Notes: a model not told the origin generated them from the letters alone. A DNA stretch of 54,221 bases from Parcubacteria bacterium C7867-002 (GCA_001189105.1 LFCL01000009.1:1-54221), one strand, 5' to 3'; numbered from the stretch's first letter, positions 43,263 to 53,651 are shown. A program made the numbers and translations.

Positions 43263-45143
43263 ATGTTTACCCTCACTCGCTCAGAACACAACCCTATCCT
43301 CTCACCACTCAAGACTCACCCGTGGGAAGCAGCTGCTGCTTTCAATGGGTGTCCGATCATCAAGGGTACAGAAACCCACTTGGTCTATCGTGCAATGTCA
43401 GAACCCCAACTCCTCAAAGAGCCTCATATCCGCATGTCAGTCATTGGCCATGCGGTCTCCAAGGACGGTCTCCATTATGAGGATCGAAAAATTCTGATTC
43501 AACCTGACACCGACTTTGACCGCTATGGATGTGAAGATCCTCGTATTACCAAACATGGCGATATGTACTATATCTTTTACACTGCCCTTGGTGGATTTCC
43601 TTTTGCTGCAGAAAATATCAAAGTTGCCGTCGCACTTTCGACTGATCTTAAAACAATTAAAGAAAAACATCTTGTCACCCCTTTCAATGCAAAAGCGATG
43701 GCGCTTTTTCCTGACACGATCAATGGCAAAATGGGTGCACTGGTTACCGTAAATCCTGATTCAAACACTGCTGACATTTGTTATGCCGAATTCGATAGAC
43801 CAGAAGACATGTGGTCAAAAGAATATTGGGATGCGTGGTGGAAAAATATTGAGTCACACAAAATCCACATCCGCCGCCTACCGACTGACCACCTCGAAAT
43901 TGGTGCGCCACCTCTGAAAACAGACAAAGGATGGCTGGTTGTCTATTCTCACATCCAACGCTATGGTCACAGCGATGTGACTTTTGGTATCGAAACTCTT
44001 CTACTGGATCTCAAGAATCCTCGACAGATCATCGGTCGTACCAAAGGACCTTTCATGGTTCCTGATACCTATTACGAAAACACCGGAATGGTTCCTCATA
44101 TCACATTTCCATCCGGCGCACTGATACGCGATGAAAAATTGGAAGTGTATTACGGTGCAGCAGATACCTATTGTGCTATCGCCACCATCCCTCTGGATAA
44201 TCTCCTCCGCAGCATTACCGACGAACGTCGTACCCATATCAAACGTTTTCCTGGCAACCCTATTATTGCGCCGAGACCCGGCATGCTCTGGGAAACAGAC
44301 GGCACGATCAATCCTGCAGCAATCGACCTAGGTGACAAAACCCATATCGTATATCGCGCTGTTGCTGCTGGTAATTACTCTACCTTTGGGTACGCATCAA
44401 GTAGCGATGGATTCTCCATCGACGAACGTCTGGATAAGCCCATATATTTTCCTCGGGCTGATTTTGAAAATCGTGGCTGCGAAGATCCGCGGCTCATGGT
44501 AGTTGAAGGGCGATTATACATGACCTATACCGGTTATGATGGATCAACTCCACGAGTAGCGATCAGTTCCATCAGTGTCGATGATTTTCTTAAAAAGAAA
44601 TGGAGTGGCTGGAGCATGCCTGAAGCCATCACTCCACCAGGAGTCGTGAACAAAGACGCCGCAATTCTCCCGGAAGCAATCAAAGGTAAGTACATGGTAT
44701 TCCATCGTGTACACGAAAGCATCTGCGCTGACTTTGTTTCCTCGCTCGACTTTACCAAGGAACGCATAAATCAATGCATCGAGATTATTGCTCCACGACG
44801 TGGCATGTGGGACGGAGGCAAAGTTGGCATATCAAGCCCTCCCGTCAAAACCAAAAATGGCTGGTTGATGCTGTATCACGGCGTATCATGGAGTACAACG
44901 TACCGTGTCGGTGCAGTATTGCTCGACCTCGAGGATCCAACGATCGTTATTGCTCGTACAGCTATTCCCCTTTTTGAGCCCGAAGAGGAGTACGAACGTA
45001 AGGGCATTGTTCCAAACGTTGTATTCCCTTGCGGCATGGTTGTCCGTGGTGGTACTGCATATATCTATTACGGTGGCGGTGACAGTGTCATCGGAGTAGC
45101 AACCATCAAGATGACAGCATTATTGGACATGATGAGAACGTAA
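43263..45143 (+). CDS. Tandem (two-domain) GH130-family protein
   Basis: From ATG 43263. It contains two full copies of the GH130 pattern (HNPILSP...CEDPRI...GAPPLKT at the N-terminus; GNPIIAP...CEDPRL...SSPPVKT at the C-terminus). Confidence 0.8.
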   Translation: MFTLTRSEHNPILSPLKTHPWEAAAAFNGCPIIKGTETHLVYRAMSEPQLLKEPHIRMSVIGHAVSKDGLHYEDRKILIQPDTDFDRYGCEDPRITKHGDMYYIFYTALGGFPFAAENIKVAVALSTDLKTIKEKHLVTPFNAKAMALFPDTINGKMGALVTVNPDSNTADICYAEFDRPEDMWSKEYWDAWWKNIESHKIHIRRLPTDHLEIGAPPLKTDKGWLVVYSHIQRYGHSDVTFGIETLLLDLKNPRQIIGRTKGPFMVPDTYYENTGMVPHITFPSGALIRDEKLEVYYGAADTYCAIATIPLDNLLRSITDERRTHIKRFPGNPIIAPRPGMLWETDGTINPAAIDLGDKTHIVYRAVAAGNYSTFGYASSSDGFSIDERLDKPIYFPRADFENRGCEDPRLMVVEGRLYMTYTGYDGSTPRVAISSISVDDFLKKKWSGWSMPEAITPPGVVNKDAAILPEAIKGKYMVFHRVHESICADFVSSLDFTKERINQCIEIIAPRRGMWDGGKVGISSPPVKTKNGWLMLYHGVSWSTTYRVGAVLLDLEDPTIVIARTAIPLFEPEEEYERKGIVPNVVFPCGMVVRGGTAYIYYGGGDSVIGVATIKMTALLDMMRT

Positions 45144-45161
45144 CAGTATACCAATACCCTT

Positions 45162-46733
45162 ATGGATTTTTCCCTAAATCTTATTGCTCATAACGTCATA
45201 TCGATTCTCTCCACATTAACTCTCCTGGGAATGGCCTTTTTTACCTTCCTTAATGGACGAGACAAGGTTGCAAATACGACATGGGCCCTCATGATGCTTG
45301 CGATCAGTATATTTACCATTTCGCACGTGATCGGCGTCAACATTATCGATCCACATCTTTCAAAAATAGTATTGATGTGCAATCTATCCCTCTTTTTTAT
45401 TGCCGCATTCAACCTCCACTCGATCATTGCCTTCGTCGGACTCGAGCAACAAAAAAAGTGGCTTATTTACCTTACGTATGGCGTCTCTACTTTTTTTGTA
45501 TTATTTTTCATACTCTTTCCAGACTTGTTCCTCGTGGACTCGGTCTCCAAAATGTATTTCCCGAACTATTATGAACCCGGCGCACTCAATTGGACACGTA
45601 TTGTTTTTCTCTATGGAATTATAGTCCCCTATTGCATCATCCTGCTCTATCAGAAAACAAAAAACATGGCGGTATCTATAGAAAAAAAACGGCACCAATA
45701 CCTCATGCTTATCATGATCTTAGGATATGCAATCGGGTTTATTCCCAATTTCCTTATACACGATATCGCCATTGATCCGCTCTGGGGAATGAGCTTTTCT
45801 AGTGTCTTTTCAATCTTTTTTGCCTACGGTGCAATACGTTACGGATTATTTGATATCAAGGTCATAGCCAAACAAGCACTGTTATATAGCAGTATTGTCA
45901 TACTTGTAGGTATCGTTATCATACTCTTCAATTATTCCAACCAATGGATCATCACTGCATTTCCTGATTTTCCTATCTGGATTTCACCCTTCATATCATC
46001 ATTAGCGGTAGTGACGCTCGGTTTCATCGTCTGGCAACATTCGCGCCAGGGAGATATTCTCAAGTACGAATTCATCACTACTGTCACCCACAAATTTCGT
46101 ACACCCCTGACTCATATCAAATGGGCATCCGAGAATCTGAGTACCGATCGACTCTCTCCTGATGACCGTATGCAAGTCGAGTATATCCAAAACGCAAACA
46201 GTAAGCTGGTAGAACTCACCAACCTCCTGGTAAACGTCTCCGAAGCAGAGAACAACATCTACGATTATAAAATGGAGAAAGGTAATATTTCGGAGTTGGT
46301 AAAATACGTGACCGATTCCCTCGCCTCCCAATCTATCTCAAAACACATCAACGTCGTCAAACGTATTGAGCCAGGCATACAAACCAAGCACGATGATCAT
46401 CGTATCCGGTTTGTGGTTCAGACGTTTGTCGAAAATGCCCTCAACTATACCCATTCCGGAGGCACACTCACTGTCGTAGTTAAAAAAGAAGGTTCAATGG
46501 TTACCTGTTCAGTTACTGATACAGGCATGGGTATTACCAAGGAAGAACTCCCGTTGTTATTCTCCAAGTTTTATCGTGGTCAATCAGCTAAACTTGCCGA
46601 TACCGAAGGTATGGGTATCGGTCTCTTCATGTCAAAAGAAGTTATCCATCGTCATGGAGGAAAAATCTGGGCCGAATCACCAGGTCCGGACAAAGGAAGC
46701 ACTTTTGCGTTTTCATTACCTATAACTCAGTAA
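45162..46733 (+). CDS. Sensor histidine kinase with a multi-TM N-terminal domain
   Basis: 523 aa: about 7 TM helices, H-box HKFRTPLTHI, N-box ENALNYT, G-boxes DTGMGI and GMGIGL. Confidence 0.9.
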   Translation: MDFSLNLIAHNVISILSTLTLLGMAFFTFLNGRDKVANTTWALMMLAISIFTISHVIGVNIIDPHLSKIVLMCNLSLFFIAAFNLHSIIAFVGLEQQKKWLIYLTYGVSTFFVLFFILFPDLFLVDSVSKMYFPNYYEPGALNWTRIVFLYGIIVPYCIILLYQKTKNMAVSIEKKRHQYLMLIMILGYAIGFIPNFLIHDIAIDPLWGMSFSSVFSIFFAYGAIRYGLFDIKVIAKQALLYSSIVILVGIVIILFNYSNQWIITAFPDFPIWISPFISSLAVVTLGFIVWQHSRQGDILKYEFITTVTHKFRTPLTHIKWASENLSTDRLSPDDRMQVEYIQNANSKLVELTNLLVNVSEAENNIYDYKMEKGNISELVKYVTDSLASQSISKHINVVKRIEPGIQTKHDDHRIRFVVQTFVENALNYTHSGGTLTVVVKKEGSMVTCSVTDTGMGITKEELPLLFSKFYRGQSAKLADTEGMGIGLFMSKEVIHRHGGKIWAESPGPDKGSTFAFSLPITQ

Positions 46734-46734
46734 C

Positions 46735-47487
46735 ATGGACTTCACTCAAAAAGATCTTGTTATATTCGACCTCGATGGTACTCTCGCTCCCAGTAAGTCA
46801 GCAATGGATCCAGAGATGGGTGTACTCCTTGTCCGTTTATTACAAAAGAAAAAAGTGGCCATCATTTCCGGTGGAGGCTATCCTCAATTTGAGACACAGT
46901 TATTACGCATGATGCCTCATTCATCAGAAGGTCTCAGTAATTTATTTCTACTACCAACCTCGGGCACTCGCTTCTTGTCATGGAAAGGTTCATGGGTAGA
47001 ACAATATGCGGAAAATCTCAGTGAACGTGAAAAAAAGGATATCCTCTCCAATCTTGACTGGGCTTTCAAAATCGCAGGTTATGAAAAACCTTCCAAAACA
47101 TACGGCCCTGCCATCGAAGATCGTGGCTCTCAGATCACCTTCTCTGCACTTGGCCAAGAGGCACCCCTTGATCTCAAAACTGCCTGGGATCCTGATCGCA
47201 GCAAACGTGAACGTATCGCGGTTATCCTTCGTGAAAAAATTCCAGCTTTTGATATCCGACTCGGGGGCACTACTTCCATCGACATAACACGCAAAGGGGT
47301 AAACAAAGCATATGGTATTCGTAAGCTTGAAACCTTCCTTTCTATACCCGTTCAACATATGGTTTTTGTCGGCGACGCGCTCTTTCACGGTGGAAATGAT
47401 TATCCTGCCAAGGCAACCGGTGTCGACTGTATTCAAGTCGCAGGTCCCGAGGAAACTAAAAAGCTTATCCAGAGTTGGGTTGCATAA
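46735..47487 (+). CDS. HAD-IIB family hydrolase/phosphomutase-like protein
   Basis: FDLDGTLA motif I, SGG motif II, GDALFHGGNDYP motif IV region. Confidence 0.8.
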   Translation: MDFTQKDLVIFDLDGTLAPSKSAMDPEMGVLLVRLLQKKKVAIISGGGYPQFETQLLRMMPHSSEGLSNLFLLPTSGTRFLSWKGSWVEQYAENLSEREKKDILSNLDWAFKIAGYEKPSKTYGPAIEDRGSQITFSALGQEAPLDLKTAWDPDRSKRERIAVILREKIPAFDIRLGGTTSIDITRKGVNKAYGIRKLETFLSIPVQHMVFVGDALFHGGNDYPAKATGVDCIQVAGPEETKKLIQSWVA

Positions 47488-47505
47488 CAGATATTTACTG
47501 CTACA

Positions 47506-47871
47506 ATGCGGGCAGTAAACCTGCCACGTGGCACAAAAGAAAGGACACACATGATCGATTCGACCATACCCGGAGAGATCTTGAATGGTAAGCTAATTGA
47601 AATCGACGTCTCCCCAACTCCAAACTCTTCGAGACCTCTATTCGAAGCACAATTACGAGAAGTGGAGCCGTGGTTACGGCAATTCAAAAAGAATTGCGGC
47701 GCTCAGGGTTGTCTCTACTTTTCCGAACATTCAAATTCGGAAGGACATATCACTCTGAGAGTAACGATCGGGATTATTCCCGATAATCGACGTAAGGAAC
47801 TTGCACAGAAACTTCAAACCCTTGCCGACAATGCACCATTCGAGATCAAGCTACGAACACAGAACCCATAA
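47506..47871 (+). CDS. Hypothetical protein
   Basis: 121-aa longest ORF. The likely start is the internal ATG at 47551 (MIDSTIPGE). No family recognised. Confidence 0.4.
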   Translation: MRAVNLPRGTKERTHMIDSTIPGEILNGKLIEIDVSPTPNSSRPLFEAQLREVEPWLRQFKKNCGAQGCLYFSEHSNSEGHITLRVTIGIIPDNRRKELAQKLQTLADNAPFEIKLRTQNP

Positions 47872-47911
47872 CACGATGTCCGGACATTTTTTATATCATT
47901 CTTATTTTGTA

Positions 47912-48931
47912 TTATTCACCACTCAAGAGACTCTCTACCTTTGCTGCCAATAACCTTGTATCTGCAGCTCGTCCTTCATACCTTGAACCGAGAACGACGA
48001 TAGCGACTGCCTGATTTTTGATCCTCAAAATAGTGAGCATGGTATCACCAGCTTCCGGAGTGCGACCAGTCTTGCCACCAATAAAACGTGGATCACTAGC
48101 GAACGGATGAGTACTCGAGAATGCATGGAAACCATGTTGACTTGTTGTTGCTATTTCAGTGCCTGTACTACGGGTAATTTCCAAAATATCAGGACGGGAG
48201 GTGTAGAGATACTGTGCCAATGCAAACAAGTCCTTCGCCGAAGCAACGTTATACGGACTAACACCGGAAGGGTCTGCGAAAAATGTCGATGGCATGCCGA
48301 TCTCCCATGAATAACTACTCATGAGTTCTAAGAAGTGTGTGCGATCAATTGTTGAAAGAAGTGCTTCGGCTGCAACATTTGAAGATGCTAATAATAATGG
48401 TTGCAGGAGCTCACGGACAGTAAAACGTTCCCCCTCTTTCAGTGCACTTTTATCAGGAGGAACGTTGAGGGTTTCTGTGGTAATTTCGACATTCCGATCA
48501 AGTGATAGTTCGTTAGTTGCCACGAATGCCGTGACCAATTTTGACATCGATGCTACCGGTAAGACTGCTGTAGGACGGTATTCGGCATATATTTCTCCTG
48601 TCTCGATGTTTCCTGCAATATAGGCGCGAGCGGTCACTCCCGAAACACCGGGTTGGGATGCAACCATATCTGCCACTGCCGCAGTTGCTGGTACGGGAGG
48701 TTTTTCGGGTATAGCCGTGATACGTGTGGTTGTTGAAAAATCAGAAAACGGCAGATCTGAAGCGAGAGGATGAGGTGTCTGTGTCTGTACGAACGGTGCT
48801 GGCTTGATAAGTTTGACTACAGGCAACGGATTATTGACTACTGTCTTGTGAACTTTTACCCCAATTGCAAACGTGATGAAACCGATACAGAGAAACAGTA
48901 TGATGAGAGTACTTCGATAAGGAACTGACAT
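47912..48931 (-). CDS. D-alanyl-D-alanine carboxypeptidase (S11, PBP5-like)
   Basis: N-terminal TM segment; SxxK (ASMSKLV), SxN (SSNVA), KTG (GKTGRT). Confidence 0.85.
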   Translation of the reverse strand: MSVPYRSTLIILFLCIGFITFAIGVKVHKTVVNNPLPVVKLIKPAPFVQTQTPHPLASDLPFSDFSTTTRITAIPEKPPVPATAAVADMVASQPGVSGVTARAYIAGNIETGEIYAEYRPTAVLPVASMSKLVTAFVATNELSLDRNVEITTETLNVPPDKSALKEGERFTVRELLQPLLLASSNVAAEALLSTIDRTHFLELMSSYSWEIGMPSTFFADPSGVSPYNVASAKDLFALAQYLYTSRPDILEITRSTGTEIATTSQHGFHAFSSTHPFASDPRFIGGKTGRTPEAGDTMLTILRIKNQAVAIVVLGSRYEGRAADTRLLAAKVESLLSGE

Positions 48932-48968
48932 CTCATAAGTGTACCAAATGTAACCTTGTGCAGGAAGG

Positions 48969-49439
48969 CTACCTGGTGGCCGAGATAGTCGGAGTCAATT
49001 CACCTGTGGAACTTGCAGTGATACGACCATTCGCATCCCTCATAATCTCATATCCGGTCATATAATCAGTCACGCTCGTAAAATGCGCACCGGGAATAGA
49101 GGGGTCAAACGGAAGTGCAGAAACATAATTTGGGATAATACAGGAAGCGATATCCCCAGGGTCATTGGGCGTTGCGCTACTCTGAATGACCGTTGCTACA
49201 GTCGGTATGGTGCGCGGAGTCCCGTTACACATAAACGTCCCGCGATGTTCTGCCATGTTTTGATGAATGGAATTGATAATCGTATTCATATTACTAACGC
49301 GCTGTGAGTCTCGAGCCAACTTGAACTGCCGTGATGGATTGACTGCCACCAGCACAATAGCCGAAAGCAGTGCGATAATACCGATCACCACTAATATTTC
49401 GATCAGGGTAAACCCTCGTGTGTATGTTTTTTTATTCAT
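48969..49439 (-). CDS. Type IV pilin / pseudopilin
   Basis: Prepilin leader and N-methylation motif RGFTLIEILVVIGIIALL. Confidence 0.9.
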   Translation of the reverse strand: MNKKTYTRGFTLIEILVVIGIIALLSAIVLVAVNPSRQFKLARDSQRVSNMNTIINSIHQNMAEHRGTFMCNGTPRTIPTVATVIQSSATPNDPGDIASCIIPNYVSALPFDPSIPGAHFTSVTDYMTGYEIMRDANGRITASSTGELTPTISATR

Positions 49440-49526
49440 GAATATAAAGTTACTGATAACACACTCACTCTATCAGTACGAGATAAAATCCATATAAAGA
49501 AGTTCTCAAATAATGATCAAAATTGA

Positions 49527-49880
49527 TTATAGTTTTAATGAAGAAATCGACACGCTCACCCCTGATATGGTTGACGTGGCCGAAAGACTCACATTTCCCT
49601 GATAATCATTTTCAATATACGCCTGACAACCAAACTCTCTGATGTGTACGCTGCCTTTGAGAAACATGTCTTTATGTACCATAAGTTGAATAGTTGCGAT
49701 GCACGATTCCAAAGCAAGATGAGTCTGGATTCTCATATCTCGGCGCATGGTCATGTCAACATAGGAATGCGCACGAGTCATTGTCACCAATGCAAAAGTG
49801 AATGTCCCCAAAGCCAGGAGAATAATCGATAGTACGGCGGTGAATCCTTTGTTATATCTTTTCTGCATCATGAATATCAT
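49527..49880 (-). CDS. Minor pseudopilin-like protein
   Basis: NKGFTAVLSIILLALG, a degenerate prepilin-type N-terminus. Confidence 0.5.
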   Translation of the reverse strand: MIFMMQKRYNKGFTAVLSIILLALGTFTFALVTMTRAHSYVDMTMRRDMRIQTHLALESCIATIQLMVHKDMFLKGSVHIREFGCQAYIENDYQGNVSLSATSTISGVSVSISSLKL

Positions 49881-50022
49881 TATTTAAATTACTATTTTGA
49901 ATATGTATACCGTACACATAGCTCATGAACCCGGCCAAAAGAATGGAAAATAAGACGATGTATATAATCGTTTCGATAAGGGTAAATCCAGAGGAAGCCT
50001 GATTATTTGAATGATATCTCAT
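49852..50022 (-). CDS. Small prepilin-type protein
   Basis: From the internal ATG 50022: MRYHSNNQASSGFTLIETIIYIVLFSILLAG. The longest-ORF extension is discounted. Confidence 0.55.
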   Translation of the reverse strand: MRYHSNNQASSGFTLIETIIYIVLFSILLAGFMSYVYGIHIQNSNLNNDIHDAEKI

Positions 50023-51397
50023 ATATAAAAGGTGCCGAATGTGCCAACACGTACAAACGCTCGTTGTCACACACCAATGTTTGAGGAGCAACCGGCAATG
50101 AATAGGTAGCGACAGGGCCTTGGGACACATCAAAACCGAACTTCTGAAGTTCATGACCGGCAGATCTGGTAACAATGTACACACCACTCCGATCAGCTAC
50201 GCTGGCATACACTCCACCTGAAACATTGAAAGATGTCAGTGAAGCGAGATCCTGTGCCGAACTCGTTGCCCATGTAAACAATTCATGTTCGGTCTTAATA
50301 TCAAAGCCGCCTGACGTACGCCCGAAACTCAATCTGTCTTCAAAAAAATATATATGCTTCCCTTCTTGCCGACTCCAACCTGCAGGACTAAAACTGTTTT
50401 GAGGAACCAGATGAAAAGGATCTGTAATATCCGTAACAATTAACTGCTGCTGAGCTGCAGTTGTACTATATGCAATTCCATTTCGCACAAATATATCCGT
50501 AACCTTGCTTCCTATTTCCAAACTTCCCTGTTGCACGAGCTGGGCAGGATTCGATGTGTCAAAAACAATAAACTCCGCACCATCCCATTTTTCCGTGCCG
50601 AGATAGAGCTGATTATCCGCATAGAAAATACTACTAGCCATGGTCGGTGATGTGGTAGTACTCGGAAGAGGTAGGGTATATTTACGTTCAAGAACCAACT
50701 GATTCAGAGAGTCAATACGTATAGCATGAAGTTGTCCAGCGGTACTTGCTGCTGCAGTAAAAATCCACTTACCAACTAATGAAAAAGTGGTAATACCGGG
50801 ACCAGTGTTCAAAAAGGAAACAATAGAGGGATGAGTGGTATCAGAAATATCTACCACTATAATATCTGGATCACCTGCTCGCGTAGAATCTGTGGAAATA
50901 TATGCAACAGAATTTCGTACTTCAAGATCAGTCAAGGGAAGCAATGGATCTACAGGAAGTGCAATCTGCGTAATAGTAAGTGTTCCTTGACGATTAAAGT
51001 CTGCAGAACATACTGACGTACCTCTGGTATCTATTTCAGACATTTTTGGATAACTACGGACACTTTTGAAAGACAGCTTTCCATTAATATTTATCTCTGT
51101 TTCCACTCGATCATTACCATACCAACGCGCCTGACCTATTATTTCGACCGTGGAACTGGCCACAGGAATCGAAAGGTGTCGCGACTCATAAGGAATCATA
51201 TTTACAAAATAATCCTTGTGAGCCTCATAGAGATCCATCAATTCATTTCGTTCGCGTGCCTGTTCAAAGACATTTCGTAATAGAGTTGATGATTCAAAAA
51301 TAAGTGCAGCAAAAATAGCTGCTAACGAAAACGCCAAGAGAATATCGACCACTATCATCCCCTTTTTTCTATTTTTGTAATACTTTTGAAATGTCAT
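50003..51397 (-). CDS. Pilus-associated protein: prepilin-like N-terminus plus LVIVD-repeat beta-propeller-like body
   Basis: KKGMIVVDILLAFSLAAIFA at the N-terminus. Repeated units (VAYISTD...IIVVDISDTTHPS; IAYSTT...LIVTDITDPFH; FIVFDTSNPAQ) resemble LVIVD repeats. Confidence 0.5.
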   Translation of the reverse strand: MTFQKYYKNRKKGMIVVDILLAFSLAAIFAALIFESSTLLRNVFEQARERNELMDLYEAHKDYFVNMIPYESRHLSIPVASSTVEIIGQARWYGNDRVETEININGKLSFKSVRSYPKMSEIDTRGTSVCSADFNRQGTLTITQIALPVDPLLPLTDLEVRNSVAYISTDSTRAGDPDIIVVDISDTTHPSIVSFLNTGPGITTFSLVGKWIFTAAASTAGQLHAIRIDSLNQLVLERKYTLPLPSTTTSPTMASSIFYADNQLYLGTEKWDGAEFIVFDTSNPAQLVQQGSLEIGSKVTDIFVRNGIAYSTTAAQQQLIVTDITDPFHLVPQNSFSPAGWSRQEGKHIYFFEDRLSFGRTSGGFDIKTEHELFTWATSSAQDLASLTSFNVSGGVYASVADRSGVYIVTRSAGHELQKFGFDVSQGPVATYSLPVAPQTLVCDNERLYVLAHSAPFIYEISFK

Positions 51398-52445
51398 ATA
51401 TCGGCATCATGATTGATAAGGCAATTGCTCCGACCATACACCCCACACCGATCATCATGACCGGTTCGATCAGTGCGGTAATGCGCTTGAGTGCATGTTC
51501 TATATCACGATCACATAGTGCTGCGACTCGCCCGAGTGATAATCCAAGAGTTCCCGATCGTTCTCCTGCCACTACGAGCTGCGGAACGTAGTCAGGTATA
51601 TACGCATGCCTTAATACAGCACCCAGAGAAATGCCCCGTTGAATTTCTGAAACATATCCTTGAAATAATCGATGTAACGGTATGAGCGTAATTGTTTCGC
51701 AAACTCGAGGGTATGACACAGCAATAGATACTCCGGTTTCTACCAACGCACCGACTGAACGGAAGAATAGTGAAAGATGGTAGGCCAGGACTACTTTTCC
51801 AATAATAGGAATTTGAATTAATAGCCGATGGGTAATACTTCGTAGAAATTCATACCTTCTATATACCCACATCAGTGTCAGTGGACCCATGAATATCATT
51901 CCCAGAATATATAAACCGTATGATAACAACCCATCTGAAATGACGATCACCACACGTGTCAAAAGTGGTAAGGCAACGTTGAGACTTTTGAGCATAGGAA
52001 TAATCTGCGGCATTACCCCTCGCAACAATCCGAGAGTCAGTAGTCCCGCAAAGAGCGCAATAATGAAGGGATATGCCATAGCCGACAAGCACGTTTTAAT
52101 CAGTTCACTTTCCCTTTCCATAATGAGACGTGCTGTTTTCAAGGCGCTGATCAATTCTCCTGATAATTCCCCATGACCGATCAAGGCCACAATTGTTCCC
52201 GGTAGTCGCACATGTTCTCCTAAACCAGTAGACAAGGAACCTCCTCGTTCTAACACCTGTCGCACTGCTTCGAGACTCTGTTTCTTTTTTGGAGACATTC
52301 TTTCTGACATTACCGTAAACGCATGATCGATGCGTAAACCTGAAACAAGATACAACTCCAATCGTTCCAACAAAAAAATAGTGTCGCGACGATTCCACAA
52401 AGGTAAGGAAAAAAGAGGTATTTTCATGAAGGGGTATTTATTCAT
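51369..52445 (-). CDS. pilC: Type IV pilus / T2SS platform protein (PilC/GspF family)
   Basis: Two GspF-type repeats with 3 TM segments. The start is uncertain (ATG 52445 or 52427). Confidence 0.85.
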   Translation of the reverse strand: MNKYPFMKIPLFSLPLWNRRDTIFLLERLELYLVSGLRIDHAFTVMSERMSPKKKQSLEAVRQVLERGGSLSTGLGEHVRLPGTIVALIGHGELSGELISALKTARLIMERESELIKTCLSAMAYPFIIALFAGLLTLGLLRGVMPQIIPMLKSLNVALPLLTRVVIVISDGLLSYGLYILGMIFMGPLTLMWVYRRYEFLRSITHRLLIQIPIIGKVVLAYHLSLFFRSVGALVETGVSIAVSYPRVCETITLIPLHRLFQGYVSEIQRGISLGAVLRHAYIPDYVPQLVVAGERSGTLGLSLGRVAALCDRDIEHALKRITALIEPVMMIGVGCMVGAIALSIMMPIYDISKVLQK

Positions 52446-53544
52446 ATAACACGCGCTGCACTTCGGCCTGCGTAGTGACTCCCCATTCGACCTTTTCCAA
52501 ACCATCCTCAGCCATGGAAACAAATCCCTTTGAACGTGCATACGACTGATAACTGGTACTCGATACTTTCTTAAGCATCATTTCTTTCATCCGAGTATCA
52601 ATATCACACACTTCAGCAATCACCGAACGACCAGCGGATCCTGACTGACGACACATATCACATCCTTCGAGATTACATCCGCTACACACAGTGCGAACCA
52701 ACCGCTGACCAATCACCAGTCGCAAAGTCGATGCCAATAGATATGGATCGATGCCCATGTCGATCAGACGCGGAATGGCTTCGAGTGAAGAATTGGTATG
52801 AAGAGTCGATAACACCAAGTGTCCGGTCAATGCAGTATGAATGGCGACTCGTGCAGTATCGGCATCACGGATCTCACCGACCATAATGACATCTGGATCT
52901 TGGCGCAATGCCGATCGTAACCCTTGAGCAAACGTCATACCTTGTGCCTGACGAACATAGACCTGGCGAATGCCTGGCAATTCGTATTCGATCGGGTCTT
53001 CGAGAGTAATGATCGAGAGTGGTTCGCGAGCTTTCTGTATTAAACATGTATGCAACGTGGTTGTCTTACCAGAACCAGTGGGACCTGTTACTAATATGAG
53101 ACCGCTCGTTTTTGTAATCGCTCTATATATAGAGCGTTCATGATCAGGAGTAAAACCAAGTTTGGAAAATGACACATCGCGTACAGTATGGATAGGCAAT
53201 AAACGCATCACAGCATTTTCACCATGATATGTCGGCATAAATGAAATACGGATATTGTATGGAATATCGCCCTCCACTTTCCAACGACCATCTTGCGGAA
53301 CAATATGCAGATCCGTCCGTGCTCCAGCTAATATTTTCAATCGAGCAATAATCTCTTCGTGAAGCTTCTGTGGTATGGTCGCAATCTTCTCCATAATACC
53401 GTGTACTCGCATACGAATAAGGATACTGGACCCCTGTGGATCACAATGAATATCCGAAGCCTGAACCTGCACTGCATGAGCAATGATGGCGTCAATAATC
53501 TCTACGGCGGATGAATACTGTGATATGTTTTCCTTCATGCACAC
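52438..53544 (-). CDS. pilB: Type IV pilus assembly ATPase (PilB/GspE family, short form)
   Basis: Walker A GPTGSGKTT, Asp box, Walker B (IMVGEIRD), His box (TGHLVLSTLHTN) and the tetracysteine motif CSGC...CDMC. Confidence 0.9.
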   Translation of the reverse strand: MCMKENISQYSSAVEIIDAIIAHAVQVQASDIHCDPQGSSILIRMRVHGIMEKIATIPQKLHEEIIARLKILAGARTDLHIVPQDGRWKVEGDIPYNIRISFMPTYHGENAVMRLLPIHTVRDVSFSKLGFTPDHERSIYRAITKTSGLILVTGPTGSGKTTTLHTCLIQKAREPLSIITLEDPIEYELPGIRQVYVRQAQGMTFAQGLRSALRQDPDVIMVGEIRDADTARVAIHTALTGHLVLSTLHTNSSLEAIPRLIDMGIDPYLLASTLRLVIGQRLVRTVCSGCNLEGCDMCRQSGSAGRSVIAEVCDIDTRMKEMMLKKVSSTSYQSYARSKGFVSMAEDGLEKVEWGVTTQAEVQRVLYE

Positions 53545-53574
53545 ATCGTATCAACCTCGTATGAATTTCTGATG

Positions 53575-53602
53575 AAGAAAGTCTCAAGAAACGCTGAAGA
53601 TT
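53575..53602 (-). promoter_or_regulatory. 28-nt conserved intergenic motif (copy 2), upstream of pilB
   Basis: Identical to 12355-12382. On the - strand it ends 30 nt upstream of the pilB ATG and contains TTGAGA. Confidence 0.45.
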
Positions 53603-53651
53603 CCTATCCACAATCTATTGCATTTTCCAAAAAACGTGATATTATTTTCCG

